NCBI GenBank assembly: GCA_963701855.1
Contig: CAVPBK010000006.1
Location: forward strand, 1,184,001 to 1,248,000
Source: Nitrospirota bacterium
GTDB taxonomy: Bacteria > Nitrospirota > Nitrospiria > Nitrospirales > Nitrospiraceae
Direction of reading: 5' to 3'
DNA length: 64,000 nt
A program made the translations under genes and the position numbers. The notes under the pieces are model-generated. The model made no database searches and was not told where the DNA came from. It worked only from the letters and a program-made list of their open reading frames with translations. Below, one piece after another: positions 42,284-51,550 of the stretch. Numbering within the stretch: position 1 is the stretch's first letter; each line of letters begins with the position of its first letter.

Positions 42284-42845
42284 GGAGCTGTTCCTCGATG
42301 AGTTCACACAGGATGTGGCCGAGCGTGATGTGGCTTTCTTGAATGCGGGCCGTGACCGTCGAAGGCACGACGAACGGATATTCCACCAGACCAGCCAGTT
42401 TTCCGCCGGTCCCTCCGGTCCAGCCGATGGTGGTGAGTCCACAGGCCCGCGCAGCCTCCACACCCTTCAACACGTTGGGTGAATTGCCGCTGGTGCTGAT
42501 AGCGATGGCGACATCGCCTTTCTGGCCATGGGCACGGACTTGGCGGGCAAAGAGTTCTTCAAAACCGTAGTCATTGGCGATGCAGGTAATGGCGGCGATG
42601 TCGGTGGCCAGGGCGATGGCGGGGAGCGGGTCTCGCTCTCGTTTATAGCGGCCGACGAACTCGGCTGCGATGTGGGCCGCATCCGTGGCGCTTCCGCCGT
42701 TGCCGAAGAGTAACACTTTTCGGCCTTCGCGAAAGGCCGTGGTCATCAGTTTCACGACTTGCACGATGCGATCGGCATGCTCGCGCGCGAACTGTTGCTT
42801 GACGGTCGCGCTGTCGGCAAACGCACTGAGTACATGTTCTTTCAT
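42267..42845 (-). CDS. gmhA: Phosphoheptose isomerase
   Basis: GNGGSA.DA.H; NDYGF; ISTSGNS.N; RIQESH. Confidence 0.95.
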   Translation of the reverse strand: MKEHVLSAFADSATVKQQFAREHADRIVQVVKLMTTAFREGRKVLLFGNGGSATDAAHIAAEFVGRYKRERDPLPAIALATDIAAITCIANDYGFEELFARQVRAHGQKGDVAIAISTSGNSPNVLKGVEAARACGLTTIGWTGGTGGKLAGLVEYPFVVPSTVTARIQESHITLGHILCELIEEQLLGKAS

Positions 42846-42878
42846 GGAAAGCGATTCTAGGCAACCCTCCACCATCTG

Positions 42879-43838
42879 TCAAACGTGACTTGCGGGTTGG
42901 TTAGGCTTTATTGTGGCGAGGGGACCCGTCTGTCGAATAGCGCTCATTGCCAGCGCAATCATGGAGCCGACATCGGAGACCGTCGCCGGCAGGATGAGGG
43001 TATTGTTCGTTTTCGCCAACTCTCCAAACTTACTGATGTACTGTTCCGCCACCCGCAGCTGGACGGCCTCCTGACCTCCCGGAACCTGGATCGTCTCCGC
43101 GACCTTGCGGAGGCCTTCAGCCGTGGCCTGCGCGATGGCGAGGATGGCCGAGGCCGCTCCCTCTGCCTCGTTGATCTGCTGTTGTTTTTTTGCCTCGGAG
43201 GCTTTGATCACTTGTTGTTTCTCGCCCTCGGCCTGGTTGATCGCCGCGTCGCGTTCGCCCTCGGAGGTGAGAATCACTGCCCGCTTTTCCCGTTCCGCCC
43301 GCATCTGCTTCTCCATCGCATCCAGTACGCCCTTGGGGGGGGTGATGTTCTTGATCTCATACCGGAGGACTTTGACGCCCCAAGGATCCGAGGCCTTGTC
43401 GAGTTCGTTGACCACCTGGATATTGATGTTGGTTCGCTCCTCGAACGTCCGATCGAGCTCGATCTTGCCGATCTCGCTCCGTAGTGTGGTCTGCGCAAGC
43501 TGGATCAGAGCGAAATTATAGTCGCTGATGCCATACGACGCGCGCTGAGGGTTCAAGATCTTGAGGTACAAGATGCCATCCACCGACACCTGCACGTTAT
43601 CGCGCGTAATACAAACCTGCTCGGGAATATCGATGGCCGTTTCCTTGAGCGAATGTTTGTAACGAATGCGGTCGATGAAGGGGAGGAGCATATGAAACCC
43701 CGCATCCAGCGTGGCGGCATATTTGCCAAGTCGCTCGACCACATAAGCACTTTGCTGCGGGACCACCACGGCGGTCTTGGCGATGATGATCAGCACCAGC
43801 AAAGCCAATATCAGCACGACAAATAGTCCGCCGGTCAT
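42879..43838 (-). CDS. SPFH/band-7 (QmcA/paraslipin) protein
   Basis: N-terminal TM; VVERLGKY; ITRDNV; QMRAEREKRA. GGAGG ribosome-binding site before ATG 43838. Confidence 0.93.
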   Translation of the reverse strand: MTGGLFVVLILALLVLIIIAKTAVVVPQQSAYVVERLGKYAATLDAGFHMLLPFIDRIRYKHSLKETAIDIPEQVCITRDNVQVSVDGILYLKILNPQRASYGISDYNFALIQLAQTTLRSEIGKIELDRTFEERTNINIQVVNELDKASDPWGVKVLRYEIKNITPPKGVLDAMEKQMRAEREKRAVILTSEGERDAAINQAEGEKQQVIKASEAKKQQQINEAEGAASAILAIAQATAEGLRKVAETIQVPGGQEAVQLRVAEQYISKFGELAKTNNTLILPATVSDVGSMIALAMSAIRQTGPLATIKPNQPASHV

Positions 43839-43881
43839 CGTTACCTCCTCCATAGTCGTCGGCCCTCTTAGCTGTTCTCCG

Positions 43882-44316
43882 TCATTCGGCTGTAATCCAC
43901 AAGGTGAGCCCTTCGACCCGCTCAACCTTGCAGCGTTGGTTCTTTTTCAAGGGAGCGGGCCCGGCATTGTGGGCGGTCCAGGTGGTGCCGCGCAGTTCCG
44001 CCTTGCCGGTGCCACCCGGCGCCAGATCCTCGAGCGGGATTGCGGTTTCGCCTCCCATCGAATCTACGGCAGGGGTCTCGACCTCCTGCGTCTTGATCCA
44101 GGCCAACAACGGTCCACGGAAGACGAGCAGTGACAGAATTGCAAGTCCTGAAAACAAGAGCCACTGGATCCATTCCGCCTGGGCGAACCCCAGGCCGGCC
44201 AGACTGCCGACGATCAGAGCAGCCAGTCCAAAAAAGAGAATATAGAAGCCCCCGGGCGTGGCCATTTCGACGCCGAGTAGCACGAGGCCGAGGAGCATCC
44301 AATACCACCAGATCAT
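43882..44316 (-). CDS. NfeD family protein
   Basis: Three TM segments plus an OB-fold C-terminus (GTTWTA); adjacent to the SPFH gene. Confidence 0.9.
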   Translation of the reverse strand: MIWWYWMLLGLVLLGVEMATPGGFYILFFGLAALIVGSLAGLGFAQAEWIQWLLFSGLAILSLLVFRGPLLAWIKTQEVETPAVDSMGGETAIPLEDLAPGGTGKAELRGTTWTAHNAGPAPLKKNQRCKVERVEGLTLWITAE

Positions 44317-44444
44317 CGGGAGACCTTATTCAGTATTCGAGAGGGTTGCGGGGAATGGGAGACCGTCATGAAAGTCTAAGCGCCTTTCCATAGACCGTCA
44401 AGCCGGAAGGCTTTTATGCCGTCCTATGTTATAGTTCGCGCGAA

Positions 44445-45701
44445 ATGGCGCAAGACCAACCAGTCAAAGCCTTAGTGCTCGCGTTTACCGATCATGCGAC
44501 GGCGGCAGTCTACTCGATCAATCGTCTGCAGCCGGACTCGCTTTGCTTCGTGTTGCCTGAAGGGGCGAAGTCGCTCATAGAATCCGAGGTCCAGCCGAAG
44601 ATCAAGCACCTGCCTAGACGGTGGGATTGGGTGATTCTCGCAGAGACCGGCGAATTTGTCGGTTGCTATCAGACTCTTGCCAGGACACTCCCGGAAATGT
44701 TGCGTACATGGGAGGTGCATCCGGGCGAACTTGTCGTCGATGTGACCGGCGCCACCCCAGCCATGGCGGGCGCGTTGACGTTGGTTACCATGCCGCTGAG
44801 TTCGCGGATCGTGTCGCTCGTGCCGGCACGAGAGGGGCAGGAGGAGGACAGGATCGATATTGCCGGGCAGCCGTTCATTTGGACGCAGGGAAATCCCTGG
44901 GATGAGGCGGCAACTGTCTCACGTCGCGAGGGCTGCGAGCTGTTCAATCAGAGATTGTTCGCCGCAGCGGCGAAGCTGTTCCGCGAGATCGAAGCACGGG
45001 TGAGCGGCGGGCAGAAACCGCTCTATCGGGCCTTTGCAGACCTGGCAGATGGCTACGATCTGTGGGAGCGATTTCACTATCGTCAAGCCTGGGAAAAACT
45101 CAGGACCGCCGTAAGGGCCTTCGAGATGGCGTCCCTGTGGGGTGGACCACCAGGACTCACGTCCCTGTTACCAGCCATCAAAGCGAATGCGGGATTCTTG
45201 GAAAAGCTCGTCCTTGACCCTGCTCCCGTAAAAGATATGCAGGCCCACGATCTGCTAGCCCATGCCGGTCGGCGATTGCATGGCCTGCACGATTCGGAAG
45301 CAGCAATGGTTTCGCTCGTGCGTGCGCTCGAAGCTTTCGCCCAGCGACAGCTGTTCAAACAATGCCAGATCAAAACTTGGGATGTGCAGCCGGAGCAGTT
45401 GCCGCAGGCGCTGCAAGAAACCTGTCGATCTTGCTGGCTGGAAGATCTCGACGGCAAGTACAAGCTGCCCCTGCAGGCTCAGTTTCGAGCGCTGGCTGGA
45501 TTGGGCGACCAGATGGGCCAAGCCTTTTTGCGCGAGTGGCCGACGATGAAACCCCTGCTCGATGCCGCGCATCATGCCGTCCTCGGCCACGGCTTCGAGC
45601 CGGTGAAAGCCGAGCGGGTGCAGCAGCTATACGACGTGGTCATTAAACTATCGGGCGTCAGCGAGACATCGTTGCCGAAGTTTCCGATGCTGAACGTTTA
45701 G
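44445..45701 (+). CDS. TIGR02710-like CARF-HEPN protein with degenerate motifs
   Basis: Rossmann-type CARF N-terminus with VVDVTGATPAMAGAL; NPW linker; 'Y..W.RF.Y..A' helical middle; C-terminal 'AVLGHGF.PV'. Confidence 0.75.
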   Translation: MAQDQPVKALVLAFTDHATAAVYSINRLQPDSLCFVLPEGAKSLIESEVQPKIKHLPRRWDWVILAETGEFVGCYQTLARTLPEMLRTWEVHPGELVVDVTGATPAMAGALTLVTMPLSSRIVSLVPAREGQEEDRIDIAGQPFIWTQGNPWDEAATVSRREGCELFNQRLFAAAAKLFREIEARVSGGQKPLYRAFADLADGYDLWERFHYRQAWEKLRTAVRAFEMASLWGGPPGLTSLLPAIKANAGFLEKLVLDPAPVKDMQAHDLLAHAGRRLHGLHDSEAAMVSLVRALEAFAQRQLFKQCQIKTWDVQPEQLPQALQETCRSCWLEDLDGKYKLPLQAQFRALAGLGDQMGQAFLREWPTMKPLLDAAHHAVLGHGFEPVKAERVQQLYDVVIKLSGVSETSLPKFPMLNV

Positions 45702-45885
45702 CGCGACGTGTTCGGGGAAGTCTTGAGGACACGAGAACAGGGTTCAGACATGTCGTTCAGGGCGGTAAAGACTGGTCTAACGGAAAATCAAGCGTTTATG
45801 GGTTGCCGAGATGCTGGGTTCCGTGAGTTCAAATTATTATGAGTTTGAAAACTAATCTGACAGCCGTGCAGAGTTGACTGCGCGA

Positions 45886-46275
45886 TCATTTCTTGCCGCA
45901 CGCAAGCTTCCACAGAGTGTGGTCAAGACTATCTGATGAAATTCGTAGCCACTTGCCTTTTCCTGAGCTACGATCAATTACATTACCATTTCCCATATTG
46001 CCAGAAAAATACATGACCGCAAGCCCCTCATAGCGCTGTTCGGCACAGTCATAATCCATGTGCGCTTTTGCCGACGAATATGAGACTCCTTCCTTGGTTC
46101 GTACTGTCTTGAAGTCGAACAGTACCCACATCTTCACCAGATCCCCTTCTCGGCGTATGGTGGTTGGATCCGCATATACAGTCGTTCCTGAGTCGCTTTC
46201 GCCAAGCGACATCCAGTCTGCATACGCAGGTCCGTTACTCAGGAAGAAAAGGATGATTATAAGCAGTCGTGTCAT
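45886..46275 (-). CDS. Secreted surface-adhesin-E-like small protein
   Basis: Signal peptide (PAYA/DW); VYADP.TI.R.G.LVKMW; YDC; terminal LAC. Confidence 0.75.
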   Translation of the reverse strand: MTRLLIIILFFLSNGPAYADWMSLGESDSGTTVYADPTTIRREGDLVKMWVLFDFKTVRTKEGVSYSSAKAHMDYDCAEQRYEGLAVMYFSGNMGNGNVIDRSSGKGKWLRISSDSLDHTLWKLACGKK

Positions 46276-46312
46276 GTATCTCACCTTGAACCGTGCAGCG
46301 ATGGCTACCCGA

Positions 46313-46709
46313 TTACTTTTTGCTGCAAGCAAGCTTCCCCAGGTCGGATGAAACGCTCCCTGGTGCAACAGGTTTCCACTTTTGTTTATTTGAGTCCTTA
46401 GAAACCACCTTGCCACTCCCCAACCATATTGCCAGGGAACTTCATAAGTGTAATTATCCGCTCGCGGTCTTTTGTGCAGTCGTACTCGTGTTGCGCCTTG
46501 ACAGACAAGTACGAGATGCCACTTACGATTTGTACAGTCTTGAAGTCGTTCAAATGCCACACCTTCACCAGACTCCCTTTGCGGTGAATGGTGCCTGGAT
46601 CGGCGTATACAGTCACTCCTGCTTCCTCGTTGCCACCAACCGCCACCCACTCCGCATACGCTGGAACGCTACTCAGGAAGAAAAGGCTAAATAGAAGTAG
46701 TCGTGTCAT
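46313..46709 (-). pseudogene. Paralogous surface-adhesin-E-like gene, frameshifted
   Basis: Aligns with its neighbour (PAYAEW, VYADP, YDC). Frame breaks at about 46421; the other frame continues GSGKVV...KLACSKK*. Confidence 0.75.
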
Positions 46710-47003
46710 TAGGTTGCCCCCGCGTAACAGATCGTCAGTATTGCGGGTGAAACTGTGGAAGTGTGCGCCCATTTGAGGGAGAGTTCAAATGCAACTTGGA
46801 GCAGCTTCGCGGTACCTTGCGGGGGTCAAGGGTTGGTCGCTACGGACGAGTGCGGAGAGTCTGAGGCGTGTCTACCGCAGGCTTGGCTCGGGGGTCTCGG
46901 TGAAGAGCGGACTGCGACGGACCCTACTCAGCAGCCCTTGAACTGCGTTGCCTGACAATGTTGCGCGAGTCGCTGGGCTTCTGCAATCTGCGAGGGAGTC
47001 ATA

Positions 47004-47405
47004 CTACGGGCGGCCTAATCTCGATTGTCTGCTGCTTTGATTTTCTGCGCCATTCTTCATGTACAGCTCAATTGCGTCCTTGGCATTTGCCGCGGTGACA
47101 GTGTCCTTGAACACGAACCCGCTTGATTCAAGATGAGTCTTTTGCCATTTCTTACCATAGGCTCCGAAGACTACACACTGCACAACGCTTCCCACATTGA
47201 TGATGAGATTAGCTTGCTCCATTCCAATGCTCGCAGCCGCAATACCCCAAATCGCAAAGAACGCGCCTAACACTCCAAACCCCAACGCCCACATCTTTTT
47301 GGACAGCGCCCAGAAGGGACCAAACCCGCAAGCATTCCACGACCAACCTTGCTCAACAGCCTCATAGCCTCCTTGAGGGTTTGCATAGACCTCGAATTGC
47401 TTCAT
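47004..47405 (-). CDS. DUF2628-like membrane protein
   Basis: EAVEQGWSWNA..FGPFWAL.KKMW; TM segments. Confidence 0.75.
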   Translation of the reverse strand: MKQFEVYANPQGGYEAVEQGWSWNACGFGPFWALSKKMWALGFGVLGAFFAIWGIAAASIGMEQANLIINVGSVVQCVVFGAYGKKWQKTHLESSGFVFKDTVTAANAKDAIELYMKNGAENQSSRQSRLGRP

Positions 47406-47478
47406 GTGTCTTTTCCTTCGGTATGGTCGATAACACGATTGCGAAGAGTCTGCGGCGTGACTACTGCGAGCGTGGAGA

Positions 47479-47814
47479 CTAACGAGGAACAGGAAGTTCA
47501 AACAGGAAACGAATGCCCACTATATACATGGTGACGCAGCCGCTTATGGGAATGAGGCGAGTCCAACACACTTCCACCAGTTTGGTAATCTGCTCTTTTC
47601 TCGACTCTGAAGGCACCAGAATCTCGATCACCTGTCGTGTGTTCACTTTCTCAGGAAGCAAGAGCAACATGCCGCTACCGCTGCAATTGATCGAGTGCCC
47701 GTGCCCTTCTGAAAACTCCACAGTGTTGCTGTCCACAAAATTTGCCAACTCGTAGGAGTACGTTCTCCCGCAGGGCACACGCTCGCTATCTCTTCGTTCC
47801 TGTTGATTTGGCAT
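47479..47814 (-). CDS. PilZ domain protein
   Basis: ERRDSER; NCSGSG; VCWTR; VGIRF. Confidence 0.78.
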   Translation of the reverse strand: MPNQQERRDSERVPCGRTYSYELANFVDSNTVEFSEGHGHSINCSGSGMLLLLPEKVNTRQVIEILVPSESRKEQITKLVEVCWTRLIPISGCVTMYIVGIRFLFELPVPR

Positions 47815-48301
47815 ATCTATTTCCAGGATTGTTGTAGGCGCTAACACCAGACTCGTTAGGCGGGATTCTGCTCCCGGGTCGAGGACATTTGCAAACCCTC
47901 TTTCGTATGGAGCCATTCAGCCAGTTCTACTGTCATGCCCCTCATGTTTGACGCGATACGTGTTTATCGAAAACGCTGGAGAGTTGCGTCAAGCACTTCA
48001 AGCTCCAGTGGCATATAAGGGTAGCAGATCATCGTGGGTCTAAAACATCGACTGAGAGTCTGTCAGAGAGAGACTCGCATCGACGATTGGAGTGGTGAGT
48101 ACGAAGTTCTGCGAAGAGTCTAGATGCTCTTGAGGAAAGTTGTGTTTGTGGAAGGGGGGAGACGATCACTACTTCACAGTTGTTTCCCGAACATTGGTGT
48201 ATTATCGTTGGGTTATCTCAATTAGAAAAGCAAAATATGGCATGAAATGTTGTTGTTTGTTATGAGCAGAAACGGTCAAACTCCAAGTCATTGATACTAT
48301 T

Positions 48302-48682
48302 ATGGACATTCGCATCTACTACGAAGATACCGACTGCGGCGGGGTGGTGTACTACGCGAACTATCTCAAGTATTTCGAGCGGGCGCGGACACAGTATCTC
48401 GAAGAGCGTGGGTTGTCCGTGGCCGGGCTCATGAAGGAAGGCACGGTGTTCGTCGTGGTGCATGCCGAAGTTGATTACAGATCTCCAGCCCGCTATGGCG
48501 ACAGGTTGGTCATCGAAACGGTTGTTTCCGACATGACGGCAGCCTCTTTCACGTTTTCACATGTGATCCGAGAGAAGGAGAGCCGGCAAGTGGTCGTCGA
48601 AGGATCGGCCAGGTTGGCGGCAACGGATGGAAATGGAAAAGTGAAGCGACTCGACAAGGCGATGATCGCCGTATTAAAATAA
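48302..48682 (+). CDS. YbgC/FadM family acyl-CoA thioesterase
   Basis: IRIYYEDTDCGGVVYYANYLKYFERAR. Confidence 0.93.
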   Translation: MDIRIYYEDTDCGGVVYYANYLKYFERARTQYLEERGLSVAGLMKEGTVFVVVHAEVDYRSPARYGDRLVIETVVSDMTAASFTFSHVIREKESRQVVVEGSARLAATDGNGKVKRLDKAMIAVLK

Positions 48683-48706
48683 TCGTCTTGAATAAGGAGT
48701 CATGAA

Positions 48707-48859
48707 ATGGAAACGGAGTGGGTGGGTTTTGGATGGGCAGGGATCGGAAGCTGGGTCATCATGGCCGGTTGGACAATCGGTTTAGCCATACTTGCCTGGT
48801 GGTTTTACATGCCAAATCCGATGGCTAAAGATGGCAAGAAGGACAAGAAGAAGTTGTAA
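48707..48859 (+). CDS. Small single-TM protein (50 aa), not in the ORF track
   Basis: METEWVGFGWAGIGSWVIMAGWTIGLAILAWWFYMPNPMAKDGKKDKKKL; AAGGAG ribosome-binding site; positive-inside tail. Confidence 0.7.
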   Translation: METEWVGFGWAGIGSWVIMAGWTIGLAILAWWFYMPNPMAKDGKKDKKKL

Positions 48860-48952
48860 CCCAACTGTACGTATTCCCCTCCAGCGCAACCTTCGCCATC
48901 ACAAGATTTATCCAACATGACGGGGCTCATCGGTCGCTAGAACGCGCTGCGC

Positions 48953-49134
48953 TAACCCGCATTATTCATGAAGGTTCGTTGCGAAAGCGTGCAGACGCGA
49001 CGCGAGACGGGCACTTGGAGCCGTGAGACCCTGAGGCATACTCGTGCAGTATGGCAAAGGGCTGAACGGCGAGACTGGCCGTCGTAGCAGCGTATCCGCG
49101 CTTGCAGCAGAAGCGTCATGAATAATGTGGGTTA
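48953..49134. repeat. MITE-like element, family B
   Basis: 19-bp terminal inverted repeats TAACCCGCATTATTCATGA / TCATGAATAATGTGGGTTA, matching at 18/19. Confidence 0.75.
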
Positions 49135-49171
49135 AGGGCGACCCAACAGCAAGGCCATTGGACGGGCTAAG

Positions 49172-49615
49172 TCAACTCTCTGGCGGGACTTGTTTATCGC
49201 GTATGTGCCGGTTTAGCGCTACGCCGAGTTCTTGGCACTTATTCATGAGGCCTTCATAGGTCTTGAGGTTGGCGTTGTACTCGGCCATCGGATACTTGCT
49301 GAGATCACCTTGGCTCTTCTCATAAAACCGCCCACAGATATCCCGGAGGGCTTGGATAGTTTCGAGCAACGCCGCTGTGTATTGGCGTGAAACCTCCAAC
49401 GATCCCGGCTCGGTTTTTAATGCCGCCGAAATAGCAGTCAGTTTGGAGGCTAACCGATCGAGGTCTTTAAAATGAGCCCCAAAATCCGTGGCCTTGAAAA
49501 GCCCTGGAATTGGGAGTGTCTTGCGCCATGAAAACTTAAAGATCGCGTCATGAATGGCGACGTATTCGCCAAGAATGGCATTCGTTCGGGTCAGCTCCTC
49601 GGGAAGGTCCGGCAT
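49172..49615 (-). CDS. Hypothetical helical protein
   Basis: 147-aa ORF with protein-like composition, lying between two family-B elements. Confidence 0.7.
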   Translation of the reverse strand: MPDLPEELTRTNAILGEYVAIHDAIFKFSWRKTLPIPGLFKATDFGAHFKDLDRLASKLTAISAALKTEPGSLEVSRQYTAALLETIQALRDICGRFYEKSQGDLSKYPMAEYNANLKTYEGLMNKCQELGVALNRHIRDKQVPPES

Positions 49616-49637
49616 ATCTCACTCACGAGAGTGTGGC

Positions 49638-49762
49638 TGGCCCGTATCATTTATGCGCGCTTCGCTGCAATTGTATCCTCGCATGCGGGATACGAGGTTG
49701 GCTTCACGAGAAACGAGCTTTCTGGAGATATCGAGACAAACCGTCATGAATAATGCGGGCTA
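49638..49762. repeat. Second family-B element, degenerate
   Basis: Right end TCATGAATAATGCGGGCTA; left end TGGCCCGTATCATTTATG is a decayed complement. Confidence 0.6.
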
Positions 49763-49848
49763 TCGACCCAAGCTCAGCGACCGGCTTATGAGGAGCGTAG
49801 ATTCACCCCCTGTGCGATGGCTTGGAATGGTGCAGCTGTTGGTTAAGC
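49758..49848 (-). mobile_element. Degenerate attC-like site
   Basis: Minus strand GCTTAAC (overlapping the stop codon)...GTCGCTGAGCTTGGGTC-GATAGCC (R' with one mismatch). Confidence 0.6.
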
Positions 49849-50055
49849 GTTATCTTTGCTTCGTCTCTCCCGTTTCCAAGCTCCCCAGGCATAGAAAAAC
49901 CCAACCGGTGCGCTGATGAGGCATACCCATGCCAGAGGAGACGATTCTGCGAACAGCCAACCGGCAAAAGCGGTATAGATCACTGCTCCTCCAAAGTAGA
50001 CATACCAAGGAATCTTGTCTCTTTTTTCAGAAGGTGTATTGGATTGCGATGTCAT
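49843..50055 (-). CDS. Small 2-TM cassette protein
   Basis: 70 aa; bracketed by attC-like sites. Confidence 0.6.
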   Translation of the reverse strand: MTSQSNTPSEKRDKIPWYVYFGGAVIYTAFAGWLFAESSPLAWVCLISAPVGFFYAWGAWKRERRSKDNA

Positions 50056-50080
50056 CGAGTGCTCCGAAGCGCCTCGTGAG

Positions 50081-50172
50081 GCCTAACTATGTATTATCTG
50101 GTTCCGGATAACAAGCCACGTGCTCTTCCTCCGAAACATTTCACGTTTCACTGACTGCTGGACTGGTTAGCC
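50081..50172 (-). mobile_element. attC-like site
   Basis: Minus strand GGCTAAC (contains the YcxB stop)...GTTAGGC; 92 bp. Confidence 0.6.
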
Positions 50173-50661
50173 ATCGACTTTTCCGCCTGACTCACGAACG
50201 CGCTGCACAATATACGCCTGCGTTTCTGGAGGCAAACACGCGAGCGGCAACGTGCTGAACTGTGCCTTTGAGTACAGCAATAGCCACACGCTTGGGAACT
50301 GCCACAACTCTTTGACGGCTGACCACTGAAGCGTGGTCGTGCCGATGTCCGAACTCATGGTGAACGAGGATTCGTCAGCACGGAACATCGCTCGAGGCTG
50401 GCCCATCTGACGGAACTTGTGCAGCGATCTACGATAGTGCACGACATAGACAACAATGGCGAACGCGATGCCCACCAACAGTACGGCTGCAAGACCACCG
50501 ATGATCCAAGAGGACTGACCTAGCGCCACGAGCACAACGAGCCCGAGCGCTGCAATAAGAAGCGCAACAAAAAATCCGACACCGACGGTGCGCCGCCAAA
50601 ACGCGAATACCGCCTGATGTAGCAACGCCTTGCTGTAAATGAGTGTGGCATCGTGGGGCAT
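50167..50661 (-). CDS. YcxB-like membrane protein (cassette)
   Basis: Two TM segments, then a 'TTTLQWSAV...WLLL.....LP' YcxB-type domain. Confidence 0.75.
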   Translation of the reverse strand: MPHDATLIYSKALLHQAVFAFWRRTVGVGFFVALLIAALGLVVLVALGQSSWIIGGLAAVLLVGIAFAIVVYVVHYRRSLHKFRQMGQPRAMFRADESSFTMSSDIGTTTLQWSAVKELWQFPSVWLLLYSKAQFSTLPLACLPPETQAYIVQRVRESGGKVDG

Positions 50662-50664
50662 GGT

Positions 50665-50757
50665 GGCTACCGATCCAAGCTCAGCGACCCGGCCCACGCG
50701 GGGCGCAGATTGCCACCACAGCGCAATGGCTTGGTTCGCAGCAAGGCATGGCCAGGC
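50665..50757 (-). mobile_element. Degenerate attC-like site
   Basis: Shares CCAAGCTCAGCGACC and ATGGCTTGG with the 49758 site. R' GGTAGCC lies 3 bp before the YcxB ATG; R'' is decayed to GCCTGGC. Confidence 0.55.
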
Positions 50758-50998
50758 GCTCGTCATCATGCTCTCAATCTACCAACACAAAGTGATGGAA
50801 TGCTACTGGGAACAACATGACCAGCCTGATGCCGGGCAGTGGAGCAACTCGTGTACGTGGATGCGCGAAAAGAAGAGGAGAGGAGTTGAGCTGACTGCGT
50901 GCCGGCACACTACTTCTGCCAGGCAGATCAATGGTTTCTGGAACCTATATCCGTTCCTCAGCAGCTTTAGAGGCAGGATGGAACGTTTGGCAACGGCA

Positions 50999-51424
50999 CT
51001 AATTCATCCCAGGAATCGGAGGCACTTGAAAAAGGGTCACAAGCAATTCTTCTTTCGCGTCGGCAATACAAAGCCATCGAAGAGCGTCATCTATTTTCCG
51101 GAAGATCTGCAGCTCATGGGGCGAGTCGTCAGACAAAATTTGGTACATACGCGCCATGCCGAAGACTACGTCGCTAGTGATTACCACGGCGCGCCGGGCA
51201 CCGGCCCCGAAGGGATTCAGCCTGACCATCTCTCTGATTGTGGAGACAGTGATCTGGACGTCTGTCACATCACGCAGGTCGGCGAGCTGGCGAAAGTCCC
51301 GCGCGAAGCGTGGATCAGAGGTCAGAGTACGTACGTGTGCCAGAAGCTCTCGATCCGTCACTAAGTCCCATCCGCGGGATAAGACTAAGGACCGCGCCAG
51401 GTCGATTGTGTAGCCGCAAGGCAT
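50999..51424 (-). CDS. Hypothetical protein (STAS/SEC14-like)
   Basis: LADLR.V; RRAVVI.SDVVFGMARMY; IF..IDDAL.WL. Confidence 0.7.
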   Translation of the reverse strand: MPCGYTIDLARSLVLSRGWDLVTDRELLAHVRTLTSDPRFARDFRQLADLRDVTDVQITVSTIREMVRLNPFGAGARRAVVITSDVVFGMARMYQILSDDSPHELQIFRKIDDALRWLCIADAKEELLVTLFQVPPIPGMN

Positions 51425-51550
51425 AGTGTGAAGCCTATGGTAATTCACAGGACGCCGCAAGAGGGGACGAGCGCGGGAAGGCGAAACTTCGTATGCGGCG
51501 AAGGAGATGGGGTCACAATGATCCGACCCGTGTGACCCTTACCCCACGGC

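Noticed and set aside
44316..45890. CRISPR array or cas operon beside the CARF gene
   Set aside because: No repeat-spacer pattern or other cas genes are visible anywhere in the window.
50639..51364. 241-aa plus-strand ORF
   Set aside because: Antisense to an attC-like site and to the 50999-51424 gene; composition not protein-like.
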